DNA of 64,000 nt from positions 11,186 to 75,185 of the forward strand of contig JAZSFE010000034.1 in the NCBI GenBank assembly GCA_045532105.1. The letters run 5' to 3'. Source of the DNA: Faecousia sp. Lineage in GTDB: Bacteria; Bacillota; Clostridia; Oscillospirales; Oscillospiraceae. Position numbers and translations under genes: made by a program. The notes beneath the pieces are model-generated. The model was not told the DNA's origin, searched no databases, and was given only the letters and a program-made list of their open reading frames with translations. Numbering within the stretch: the stretch's first letter is position 1; each line of letters begins with the position of its first letter. This document shows positions 49,521 to 58,359 of this stretch, in pieces.

Positions 49521-50903
49521 ATGGCACAAAAAGTTCAGTTTGTAGAGACTGTTCTGCGTGATGCAAACCAGTCCCTCATCGCAACCCGCCTGCCCTTCGA
49601 GAAGTTCGAGCCCATGCTCGAGACCATCGATAAGGCCGGCTACTACGCAATCGAATGCTGGGGCGGCGCTACCTTTGACGTCTGCCTGCGCTACCTGAAC
49701 GAAGATCCCTGGGAGCGTCTGCGCAAGATCCGCGCTGCTGCCCCCAACACCAAGCTGCAGATGCTGCTGCGTGGTCAGAACGTTCTGGGTTACTCCCACT
49801 ACCCCGATGATTTTGTAAAGCTGTTCGTCAAGAAGGCTGTGGAAAACGGCATGGACATCATCCGTATTTTCGACGCTCTGAACGACGTAAATAACCTGAA
49901 GGTGGCTATGGAAGCTACTGTGAATGCCGGTGCTATCGCCTCCGGTACGATCTCCTACACCACCAGCCCCGTGCACACTCACGAAAATTATGTGAAGATG
50001 GTCAAGGAGCTGAAGGAAATGGGCGCCTCCACCATCTGCATTAAGGATATGGCCGGCATCATGGGTCCCCAGGAAGCTTACGATCTGGTTTCCGCCATTA
50101 AGGACGCTGTGGATCTGCCCATCGACCTGCACACCCACTCCACCACCGGTCTTGCTTTCATGACCTATCTGAAGGCAGTGGAAGCCGGCGTGGACATCAT
50201 CGACACCGCCATCTCCCCCTTCTCCGGCGGCACCAGCCAGCCCGCCACTGAGACTCTGGCCTACGCTCTGCGTCAGCTGGGTTACCAGGTGGATCTGGAT
50301 GACAACGCCACCAAGGCAATGGCTGACTACTTCAAGGGCATTCGCGACGAGTTTGTGGCCGACGGCACTTTGATGCCCAAGTCCATGGCTACCGACACCC
50401 AGTGCCTGACCTATCAGATCCCCGGCGGCATGCTTTCCAACCTGCTGGCTCAGCTGAAGCAGATGAATGCGCTGGATAAGTTTGACGAGGCTCTGATCGA
50501 GACTCCCAAGGTTCGTAAGGATCTGGGTTATCCCCCTCTGGTCACCCCCACCAGCCAGATGGTTGGCGTGCAGGCCGTAACCAATGTGCTCCAGGGCGAG
50601 CGCTACAAGAAGGTCTCCAAGGAGATCAAGGCTTACTGCCGCGGTGAATACGGCCGTACCCCCGCTCCCATCGATCCCGAGATCCAGAAGATGATCCTGG
50701 GCGACGAGCAGCCCCTCACCGGTCGCTATGCTGACACCCTTGAGCCCGTTGTGGAAGCCACCCGGGAAAAGCTGGGCGATCTTGCCAAGAGCGACGAGGA
50801 TGTGCTGAGCTACATCGCATTCCCCAACCTGGCCGAGAAGTTCCTGGAAGACCGCAAGGCTAAGGAAGAGAATGTTTGCACCTACTCCATCGTAGAAGCA
50901 TAA
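49521..50903 (+). CDS. oadA: Oxaloacetate decarboxylase alpha / pyruvate carboxylase B carboxyltransferase (no biotin domain)
   Basis: LRDANQSL, ECWGGATFD, QMLLRGQN, IKDMAG, HTH, PGGMLSNL and GYPPLVTPTSQMVG. Confidence 0.93.
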   Translation: MAQKVQFVETVLRDANQSLIATRLPFEKFEPMLETIDKAGYYAIECWGGATFDVCLRYLNEDPWERLRKIRAAAPNTKLQMLLRGQNVLGYSHYPDDFVKLFVKKAVENGMDIIRIFDALNDVNNLKVAMEATVNAGAIASGTISYTTSPVHTHENYVKMVKELKEMGASTICIKDMAGIMGPQEAYDLVSAIKDAVDLPIDLHTHSTTGLAFMTYLKAVEAGVDIIDTAISPFSGGTSQPATETLAYALRQLGYQVDLDDNATKAMADYFKGIRDEFVADGTLMPKSMATDTQCLTYQIPGGMLSNLLAQLKQMNALDKFDEALIETPKVRKDLGYPPLVTPTSQMVGVQAVTNVLQGERYKKVSKEIKAYCRGEYGRTPAPIDPEIQKMILGDEQPLTGRYADTLEPVVEATREKLGDLAKSDEDVLSYIAFPNLAEKFLEDRKAKEENVCTYSIVEA

Positions 50904-50915
50904 GGAGGCACAACA

Positions 50916-51281
50916 ATGAATATTCTTGCTGCCGCTGCTGTAAATCAGGGCTGGTTCAAGATGGATGTAGGCGAAGCAGGCCTGTATGCTCTGTTAGGCT
51001 ACGCCGTGGTGTTCTTCGGCATTATTTTGCTGATGATCGTAATCACGATCATGGGCAAGATCTTCGTGGCTGCTGAAAACAAGAAAAAGGCTGCCGTGGC
51101 CGTTGCACCTGCTGCCGAACCCGTTGCCCCTGTGATCCCCGAAGCTCCCGGTACTGCCGGTGAACTGAAGCTTCACGATGTGGAGCCCAAGACTGCCGCT
51201 ATGGTCATGGCCATCGTAGCCGATAAGCTGGGCAAACCCCTGAACGAACTGCGTTTCATTTCCATCAAGGAGGAGAAATAA
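50916..51281 (+). CDS. OadG-family subunit, copy 2
   Basis: [17 protein letters not shown] helix, Ala/Pro linker and conserved tail. Confidence 0.82.
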   Translation: MNILAAAAVNQGWFKMDVGEAGLYALLGYAVVFFGIILLMIVITIMGKIFVAAENKKKAAVAVAPAAEPVAPVIPEAPGTAGELKLHDVEPKTAAMVMAIVADKLGKPLNELRFISIKEEK

Positions 51282-51282
51282 C

Positions 51283-51684
51283 ATGAAATATAAAGTAACT
51301 CTTAACGGCCGTACCTATGAGGTAGAGGTCGAGGCCGGTAAGGCCATGCTGCTGGATGAGTACGAAGCCATTGTGCCCTCCGCTCCCGCTGCCCCTGTAG
51401 CTGCTCCCGCAGCTGCTGCCCCCGTAGCCGCTGCTGCTCCTGTGGCTGCCGCTCCCGCTGTTACCGCAGCCGGCGAAGCTGTTACCGCTCCCATGCCCGG
51501 CACCATTCTGAAGGTCAATGTTCAGAACGGACAGACTGTTAAAGAAGGCGAGCTGCTGGTGGTGCTGGAAGCTATGAAGATGGAAAACGAGATCTACGCT
51601 CCCAAGAGCGGCACTGTCGCTCAGGTGGCAACCTCCAAGGGTGCTTCTGTCAACACCGGTGATGTGTTGGTCGTGATCGCGTAA
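51283..51684 (+). CDS. Biotin carboxyl carrier protein
   Basis: [17 protein letters not shown], Ala/Pro linker, APMPG and EAMKMENEI. Confidence 0.95.
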   Translation: MKYKVTLNGRTYEVEVEAGKAMLLDEYEAIVPSAPAAPVAAPAAAAPVAAAAPVAAAPAVTAAGEAVTAPMPGTILKVNVQNGQTVKEGELLVVLEAMKMENEIYAPKSGTVAQVATSKGASVNTGDVLVVIA

Positions 51685-51697
51685 GGAGGGCTGACCA

Positions 51698-52909
51698 ATG
51701 GAAAAAATTGGTGAGATCCTTCTGGGCCTCTGGGAAACCTCCGGCTTTGCCGCACTGTCTTCCGGTTTTACCACCGGTGGCTGGCAGAACCTGGTGATGA
51801 TCGCCATCGCCTGCGTACTGCTGTACTTAGGCATTGTCAAGAAGTTTGAGCCCTTGCTGATGGTAGGCATTGCCTTCGGCTGTCTGCTGACCAATCTGCC
51901 TTTGGGCGGCCTGTTCCACCAGGAACTGTGGGACGCATTTATGGAACCCGGCAACCCCCTGTACCATAGCTACGGTGCTATTTTGCGGGAAGGTGGCCTG
52001 CTGGACTTCTTCTACATCGGCGTTAAAACTTCTATCTACCCCTGTCTGATCTTTATGGGCGTTGGCGCTATGACCGACTTTGGCCCTCTGCTGTCTAACC
52101 CCAAGAGCCTGCTGCTGGGCGCTGCTGCACAGCTGGGCGTATTCGTAGCTTTCTTTGGTGCTGTGTTGCTGGGCTTTACCGGCACAGAAGCCGCTTCCAT
52201 CGGCATCATCGGTGGTGCTGACGGCCCCACCGCCATCTTCCTGACCTCCAAGCTCGCTCCCCATCTGCTGGGCGCGATTGCCGTGGCAGCCTATTCCTAC
52301 ATGGCGCTGATCCCCCTGATTCAGCCTCCCATTATGAACCTGCTGACCACTGCCGAGCAGCGGAAGATCAAGATGGTTCAGACCCGCAATGTGTCTAAGT
52401 CTGAGAAGATCGTATTCCCCATTGTGGTTACCATTTTTGTGGCCCTGCTGATGCCGGACACCGCTCCTTTGATCGGCTGCCTGATGTTGGGTAACCTGTT
52501 TAAGGAGACCGGCGTCACTGACCGTCTGTCCGACACTGCTCAAAACGCACTGATGAACATCGTTACCATTTTGCTGTCCACCTCCGTGGGCGCTACCATG
52601 GTGGGTTCTACCTTCCTGACTGTAGAAACTCTGAAGATCGTGGTGCTGGGCGTTGTGGCATTTGGTATCTCCACCGCCGGCGGTCTGCTGGGCGGCCAGG
52701 TGATGTGCAAGCTGACCAAGGGCAAGGTCAACCCCCTCATTGGTTCTGCGGGCGTGTCCGCTGTTCCCATGGCTGCTCGTGTAGCAAACACCGTTGGCCA
52801 GAAGAACAACCCCTCCAACTTCCTGCTCATGCATGCCATGGGCCCCAACGTAGCCGGTGTTATCGGCTCTGCCATTGCCGCAGGCTTCCTGCTGAGCGTA
52901 TTTGGCTAA
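51698..52909 (+). CDS. oadB: Na+-translocating decarboxylase beta subunit, copy 2
   Basis: FEPLL, GVGAMTDFGP, IGGADGPTAIF, AVPMAARV and HAMGPNVAGVIGS. Confidence 0.95.
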   Translation: MEKIGEILLGLWETSGFAALSSGFTTGGWQNLVMIAIACVLLYLGIVKKFEPLLMVGIAFGCLLTNLPLGGLFHQELWDAFMEPGNPLYHSYGAILREGGLLDFFYIGVKTSIYPCLIFMGVGAMTDFGPLLSNPKSLLLGAAAQLGVFVAFFGAVLLGFTGTEAASIGIIGGADGPTAIFLTSKLAPHLLGAIAVAAYSYMALIPLIQPPIMNLLTTAEQRKIKMVQTRNVSKSEKIVFPIVVTIFVALLMPDTAPLIGCLMLGNLFKETGVTDRLSDTAQNALMNIVTILLSTSVGATMVGSTFLTVETLKIVVLGVVAFGISTAGGLLGGQVMCKLTKGKVNPLIGSAGVSAVPMAARVANTVGQKNNPSNFLLMHAMGPNVAGVIGSAIAAGFLLSVFG

Positions 52910-52925
52910 TCGTTAAGAAACAACA

Positions 52926-52962
52926 AAAATCTGCCATGGAGCGTTGCTCCATGGCAGATTTT
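52926..52962. terminator. Bidirectional terminator
   Basis: AAAATCTGCCATGGAGC-GTT-GCTCCATGGCAGATTTT. Confidence 0.85.
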
Positions 52963-52965
52963 ATT

Positions 52966-54225
52966 TTAAGCTCTTTCATAACTTATAGCACTGTTGCTGT
53001 AAATATCCACCAGTACGGTGGCCGCATCACTGCAATAGATCTTTCCGCTTGCACAATATATGCTGTGCACATCCCGAGCCTCTGCTGCCTCCAGGACTTG
53101 CGTATCCAGCGTTTCCGCCACATACGCAGGAAACAGTTCCAACAAGATTTCCGCGCAGCCAAGGGCCTTAGAATACCCCAGCAAATCATTTGCCGCTGTT
53201 TTGTTCCTGCCGTCTGCAGGATCAATATGGCAGGAAGTCACAGATCCGTCGCTCCAGGTGTAATACTGCTGTACAGCCAGCTCGCTCATAGGATAGCTAT
53301 GCAAAGAAACAAACGCCGTTGCCCCACTATATTCCAGCGCTCCGGCAACATACACATCTTCCCCTACCCGATCAAACAAGTTCATGCGGTAGTTCTGGGC
53401 AGACACATCCAAATTGCGGCTGAATCCGTCGAAACTGCTGATAATGCCGTTAGTATATCCCGCAGCGACCAAAGTCTCCGCCAAATAATCCGCAATGAAT
53501 GCGTTTTTCATCCAATAGAAGTTGATAAATTCTGTAATCTCATGGGTCTGCGCAAATTGCAAATATGCATCGGAAACACAAAGCTTCACCTGATTGTCAC
53601 CCAGCAGTTCCAGAGAAACAGCCAACTCATCATTGGTAAACGCCAACACCTCAGTAAAATACTCCTGTTGCTGTGCATTCTTGGTTGGGTCATAGTTTTG
53701 GGCAACAGCATCCAGATCACTGAGGCAAAGAGCGATATGCTCCCGATACAGCGGCGCAGCAAACAACGCACGATTTTCGTGCTCTTCCAACAGTGCAAAG
53801 GCATCATACAACACCTGAGGCACTTGCACCGCTTCATTCACATGCTGATTAAGATAGCAAACATTGTTTACGCCATCAAATAACTGACCCTCGTGGAAGA
53901 TCTCAAACGCAGTCTTTGTTGCATCAGCATACAGCTGCGTCAGCTGCTGCCGCTCCAAATTCGCCGCCCGGTCTCCTGCCCCGAGATAATACTGAAACAG
54001 AAAGTCGCCATTGCAGCTTTCCTGGGGAGAGGTGCTTACCTGGACAGTGATCCAGCCCGGCTCAACCTTCAGCATGCCCACAACGCTCGTCACAATAAGC
54101 GTCAAGCCCAAAGCCAAAAGCACCACGATCAATATCAATTTTGGCTTGCGGTGTTTATCGCTTACCTGGATCTTCTTCACAGGAGGCAGCGGGGGATCAT
54201 AATTTCTTCTGGTGTTTTTTCTCAT
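52966..54225 (-). CDS. Membrane-anchored extracytoplasmic protein, divergent ApbE-like (FAD:protein FMN transferase fold)
   Basis: N-terminal TM; segments resembling ApbE (NVCYLN...VQVPQVLYDAF, MKNAFIAD.LAE.L, HIDPADG). Confidence 0.5.
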   Translation of the reverse strand: MRKNTRRNYDPPLPPVKKIQVSDKHRKPKLILIVVLLALGLTLIVTSVVGMLKVEPGWITVQVSTSPQESCNGDFLFQYYLGAGDRAANLERQQLTQLYADATKTAFEIFHEGQLFDGVNNVCYLNQHVNEAVQVPQVLYDAFALLEEHENRALFAAPLYREHIALCLSDLDAVAQNYDPTKNAQQQEYFTEVLAFTNDELAVSLELLGDNQVKLCVSDAYLQFAQTHEITEFINFYWMKNAFIADYLAETLVAAGYTNGIISSFDGFSRNLDVSAQNYRMNLFDRVGEDVYVAGALEYSGATAFVSLHSYPMSELAVQQYYTWSDGSVTSCHIDPADGRNKTAANDLLGYSKALGCAEILLELFPAYVAETLDTQVLEAAEARDVHSIYCASGKIYCSDAATVLVDIYSNSAISYERA

Positions 54226-54234
54226 AATCGCTCC

Positions 54235-54279
54235 AAAAAAGCAGCAACCTCTAAAAGCCTTTCGGTTTTTAGAGGTGCC
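54235..54279 (-). terminator. Terminator-like hairpin after oppF
   Basis: ACCTCTAAAAACC-GAAA-GGCTTTTAGAGGT then GCTGCTTTTTT on the minus strand. Confidence 0.7.
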
Positions 54280-54291
54280 GTTTTACATTCG

Positions 54292-55599
54292 TTACAGCAC
54301 TGCAGACAACAACAGCAGGCCAAACAGAGCCAACACCACACCGATCGTGATCAGTCCGGCGATAGCACCCTTCATACAAGCCTTAAAGTTGCGGATATAG
54401 TGCTTCTTCTTAAAGATCCAACCTGCGATCAGACCGGGAACAGGCAACAGGAAGGACAGGAATTTATACCATGCGCTGCCAGTATCGTGGATAGGTGCAT
54501 CCAGAATCGACTCGTGGGACACATTCTCTTCCTCAGAACTTTGACGCTCCGTAACCTCTGCGTCCTCGCAAATGGTAATCGTCTTCAAAGGAACATTCTT
54601 CTCACGAACAGCCTGATATTCCTCGATTTCCTTTTTGTTGCCAAACACATAGTGGTCATGACCGATGCAAACCAATTCCGGCTTATCCTCACTGTAATCA
54701 TGAACGGAAGGATCGTAGGTAAACAACACCTTGTTCTTCTCCAGCTTAGGATCGGGGATGGGAATTGCAGAAATCAGCGAACGGGTATAAGGATGCAAAG
54801 GATAATCAAACAATTCCTCTGCAGTGGCGATCTCTACAATATCGCCCTTGTAAATAACTGCAATACGGTCGGAAATAAACCGCACGATGGACAGGTCATG
54901 CGCGATAAACAGATAGGTAGTACCGCGCTCTTCCTGGAACTTCTTCAGAAGATTCAGAACCTGGGCACGAATGGACACGTCCAGAGCAGAGATAGGCTCA
55001 TCCGCCACAACCAGCTCGGGATCCATGACCATGGCTCTGGCAAGGCCGATACGCTGACGCTGGCCACCGGAAAATTCATGGGGGTAACGGGTCAGATGCT
55101 CGGGCAACAGACCTACTTCCTCCACAATATTCTCAACCTTGGCAACACGGTCAGCCTCGTCCTTATAAAGATGGAAGTTATACAGGCCCTCAGAAATAAT
55201 ATAATCCACCGTAGCGCGCTCATTCAAAGATGCGGCAGGATCCTGGAAGACCATCTGGATATTCCGGATAACTTCCCGATCCAAGCTGCGGGGAACTTTA
55301 CCGCTAATCGGCACACCCTTGTACAGAATCTGACCCTTGGCCAAAGGATTGACCCGGATCACCGCACGGCCAATGGTAGTCTTACCGGAACCGGACTCAC
55401 CTACCAAAGAGAAGGTCTCACCCTTAAAAATATCGAAGGATGCATTTTTTACAGCGCGGACGGCATTATCGCCCTTTCCGAAGGTAATGTCCACATTTCT
55501 CAGGGACAGCAAAATCTCTCTGCCGCATTCATCTACAGGGCCATGCTCCGGCAAATGGGACTGTTTTGTTGTTTTCAGCTCTTTTTTACTCACAGCCAT
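54292..55599 (-). CDS. oppF: Oligopeptide ABC ATPase (OppF/AmiF-like) with C-terminal membrane extension
   Basis: [31 protein letters not shown] and HPYT; hydrophobic tail. Confidence 0.9.
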   Translation of the reverse strand: MAVSKKELKTTKQSHLPEHGPVDECGREILLSLRNVDITFGKGDNAVRAVKNASFDIFKGETFSLVGESGSGKTTIGRAVIRVNPLAKGQILYKGVPISGKVPRSLDREVIRNIQMVFQDPAASLNERATVDYIISEGLYNFHLYKDEADRVAKVENIVEEVGLLPEHLTRYPHEFSGGQRQRIGLARAMVMDPELVVADEPISALDVSIRAQVLNLLKKFQEERGTTYLFIAHDLSIVRFISDRIAVIYKGDIVEIATAEELFDYPLHPYTRSLISAIPIPDPKLEKNKVLFTYDPSVHDYSEDKPELVCIGHDHYVFGNKKEIEEYQAVREKNVPLKTITICEDAEVTERQSSEEENVSHESILDAPIHDTGSAWYKFLSFLLPVPGLIAGWIFKKKHYIRNFKACMKGAIAGLITIGVVLALFGLLLLSAVL

Positions 55600-55605
55600 T
55601 GCCTC

Positions 55606-57351
55606 CTAAATGTTAAATGCACGCATGAGCTTCTCATGGATGTCCTGAATGATCTCGGGTTTCTCCATCTTAGGCGCTCTGGGATCCAGCATCCAAGTCT
55701 TTGCGAAATGTGTATCAGTAACCTGGAACATGGGGGAATCCATCAAAGTATCGATCTTCAGGCAGTAGGGATTTCTGGGTGCAAAAGGATCGCCTACGAT
55801 CTCATTATACAGTGACGGAGGCGTACCGGTAATGGAATACAGCTTGGTATTGCGCTGTGCCAGCTGCGGAAGAGAGGACAGCAACGCCCAGGTGTAGGGA
55901 TGCCGGGGGTCATAGAAGACCTCCTCCACATTACCCAGCTCCACGATCTGACCGGCGTACATAACAGCCACACGGTCAGCGATATTTGCGACCACGCCCA
56001 AGTCGTGTGTAATAAACACGATGGTAAATCCAAATTCCTTTTGCAGGTCCTTCAGCAGACGCAGGATCTGCGCCTGAATGGTCACGTCCAGCGCGGTTGT
56101 GGGCTCATCACAGATGAGGATCTTGGGCTGACAGGACAATGCAATGGCAATAACGATTCTCTGACGCATACCGCCGGAATACTGGAAGGGATAATCGTCA
56201 AAGCGGTTCTCCGCATTGGGAATACCAACCTTCTTCATCAGGATCAGCGCGCGCTCACGAGCCTCAATTTCAGAGCAATTCTGATGCTTCAAAATGATGG
56301 AAGTGATCTGCTTGCCGATGGTAATGATGGGGTTCAGAGAAGTCATAGGATCCTGGAACACCGTAGCGATCTTACCGCCACGGATCTGCGTCCAGTCCTT
56401 AGAGTACTGGATCTTTGCCAGGTTCAAAATGCAAGTGCCGTGAAGCTTATTCTCCGTCTCATCCAGATAACGAACACGGAATACTACGGTATCAAAGACA
56501 CCGTTGCGCTCAGTATCATTATCAAGATCAATGCCCAAAGTCATGGCCTTCTTAAATGCGGCCAACAGCTTCTTCAGATTGCGGATACGGGCGCGGTAGC
56601 CAAATCTGCCAACAGAGAGGTAAATCTCCTTAGCCAGAATGTCGTTGCGCGCAACGGTCTGAGCAGAGACCTCGCCGGCAATGGCAGCGGCATACTGTGC
56701 CTTCAGTTCCGCACGCTGGGCATTGTACTGTGCCAGATACTCAGCATCCTTGGCAGCAGCAGCCCGATGGGCCTTTTCCAGCTGCACTTTTTGTGCCTTC
56801 AGCGCCTTGAGTTCTTTTTCCAACTCAGAGATCTCTGCAGAGATCTCCTTAATGCGCTGCTTTTCCTTGGGGTCTACCGTCAGCTTGAAGTTCTCAGCCT
56901 CGACCTTCTTAAAGGTCAGATCGTCGATCTTTGTATCAATGTCCTGACGTTCCTGGTCCGTAAGGCCGGCCTTTGCCTTCTTCTGTTCCTCCAGAGCCAA
57001 AAGCTTGCGGTAAATGTCCGCGCCCAGCTCCAGCTTGGAATAATGGTTCAGCTCCTTATGGCAGTAGCGCACCCAATTCCAATCGGAATTCTTCATCACC
57101 ACAGAGGTATCGGCCAGCTCCTCATCGCTGAAAACAACGCTTCCGCGATTGATAAAGCCATTGGAATCCAGCATGCCGGCAAACGTCTTGGTAAATACGG
57201 ACTTGCCGGAACCGGACTCGCCCACGATGGCGATGGATTCATTTTCATAAATGTCAAGGTCCACACCGCGAATGGCCGTAAGGATTCTGCCACGCACACG
57301 GAATTTCACTTCCAGATCACGGATGGAAAGCAATACTTTTTTATCTTCCAT
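55606..57351 (-). CDS. oppD: Oligopeptide ABC ATPase (OppD/AmiE-like) with large insertion
   Basis: GESGSGKS, FQDPMTSLNP, YPFQYSGGMRQR, DEPTTALD, THD and HPYTWALL. Confidence 0.9.
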   Translation of the reverse strand: MEDKKVLLSIRDLEVKFRVRGRILTAIRGVDLDIYENESIAIVGESGSGKSVFTKTFAGMLDSNGFINRGSVVFSDEELADTSVVMKNSDWNWVRYCHKELNHYSKLELGADIYRKLLALEEQKKAKAGLTDQERQDIDTKIDDLTFKKVEAENFKLTVDPKEKQRIKEISAEISELEKELKALKAQKVQLEKAHRAAAAKDAEYLAQYNAQRAELKAQYAAAIAGEVSAQTVARNDILAKEIYLSVGRFGYRARIRNLKKLLAAFKKAMTLGIDLDNDTERNGVFDTVVFRVRYLDETENKLHGTCILNLAKIQYSKDWTQIRGGKIATVFQDPMTSLNPIITIGKQITSIILKHQNCSEIEARERALILMKKVGIPNAENRFDDYPFQYSGGMRQRIVIAIALSCQPKILICDEPTTALDVTIQAQILRLLKDLQKEFGFTIVFITHDLGVVANIADRVAVMYAGQIVELGNVEEVFYDPRHPYTWALLSSLPQLAQRNTKLYSITGTPPSLYNEIVGDPFAPRNPYCLKIDTLMDSPMFQVTDTHFAKTWMLDPRAPKMEKPEIIQDIHEKLMRAFNI

Positions 57352-57363
57352 AGTGCTACCCCC

Positions 57364-58353
57364 TTACATATGGGTTCTGGGGTCAGAGGCATCGCCCAAA
57401 TTCTGACCAACCAAATAAAGCACCACGGCAATAATAGATGCAACTGCGATGGGGCTCCAGAACTCGAATTCCCAACCGGGAGTGACCATGGCACTCTTGG
57501 CTGCTTCGATCAGTTTACCCAAGGACATATCGCTCAGACCCATACCGATATAGCTCAGGAACACTTCGTAAGAAATGTAGCTGGGGATCTCCGTTGCCAC
57601 CAAGGTGACGATTACAGAGGTCATAAAGGGCAGAATGTTCTTGGTTGCAATTCGGGTCAAAGGAGTACCCAGGCAGCGGGATGCCAGATTGTACTCACGG
57701 TCACGAATGATAATGACCTGGGTACGGATAAAATAAGCAATGGCAATCCAGCCGGTAATAGTAAGCGCAAAGACCATGGACCAGAAAGAGGCGGACATGA
57801 TCAACACGATAACGGAGATCAGCAAAACGTAAGGCACATTGGCGATAACGTTGTACACTTCCGTCATAATAATGTCGAATTTACGGCTAAAACCCCAAAT
57901 TGCGCCAATGGCAACACCCAGGAGCATATTGATCGCCGCACAGATAAACGCCAGAGAAATAGAAATGCTGGAACCATACCAAATAGCATCAAAGGTGGAC
58001 TGACCGGCAGCACCGGTACCCAGGATCCACTTAATGTCAAAACCAAATTTCTCGATCGCCGCTTCCGGCTTCAAATGGGTTGCACTGCCGTCTTTCAGGT
58101 TCACATACGGATCCACGGTCGCATCATAACCGATCACCGCAGGATACACATAGGAGAACACAATCAGCACAGCCAGCAAAGCCAACACGATGATGTTGAT
58201 CTTCTTGCGGAAGAACACGCGGAACACACTGCGCCAGTAAGAATATCTGGGAGCGGTAATTCGCTCGGAAGCACGTTCGTCCTGATCTACAGGTGCGAAC
58301 AATTCTTCTTCAGAAAGATTGAATTTGTCCAGATTGATCAGATTATCTGCCAT
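57364..58353 (-). CDS. oppC: Oligopeptide ABC permease (OppC/AmiD-like)
   Basis: SERITAPRYSYWRSVFR, REYNLASRCLG and GQNLGDASDPRTH. Confidence 0.92.
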   Translation of the reverse strand: MADNLINLDKFNLSEEELFAPVDQDERASERITAPRYSYWRSVFRVFFRKKINIIVLALLAVLIVFSYVYPAVIGYDATVDPYVNLKDGSATHLKPEAAIEKFGFDIKWILGTGAAGQSTFDAIWYGSSISISLAFICAAINMLLGVAIGAIWGFSRKFDIIMTEVYNVIANVPYVLLISVIVLIMSASFWSMVFALTITGWIAIAYFIRTQVIIIRDREYNLASRCLGTPLTRIATKNILPFMTSVIVTLVATEIPSYISYEVFLSYIGMGLSDMSLGKLIEAAKSAMVTPGWEFEFWSPIAVASIIAVVLYLVGQNLGDASDPRTHM

Positions 58354-58359
58354 AGTGTG

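Noticed and set aside
51380-51490. GCTGCTCCC/GCCCCT repeats
   Set aside because: Ordinary Ala/Pro linker of a biotin carrier protein, not a repeat array.
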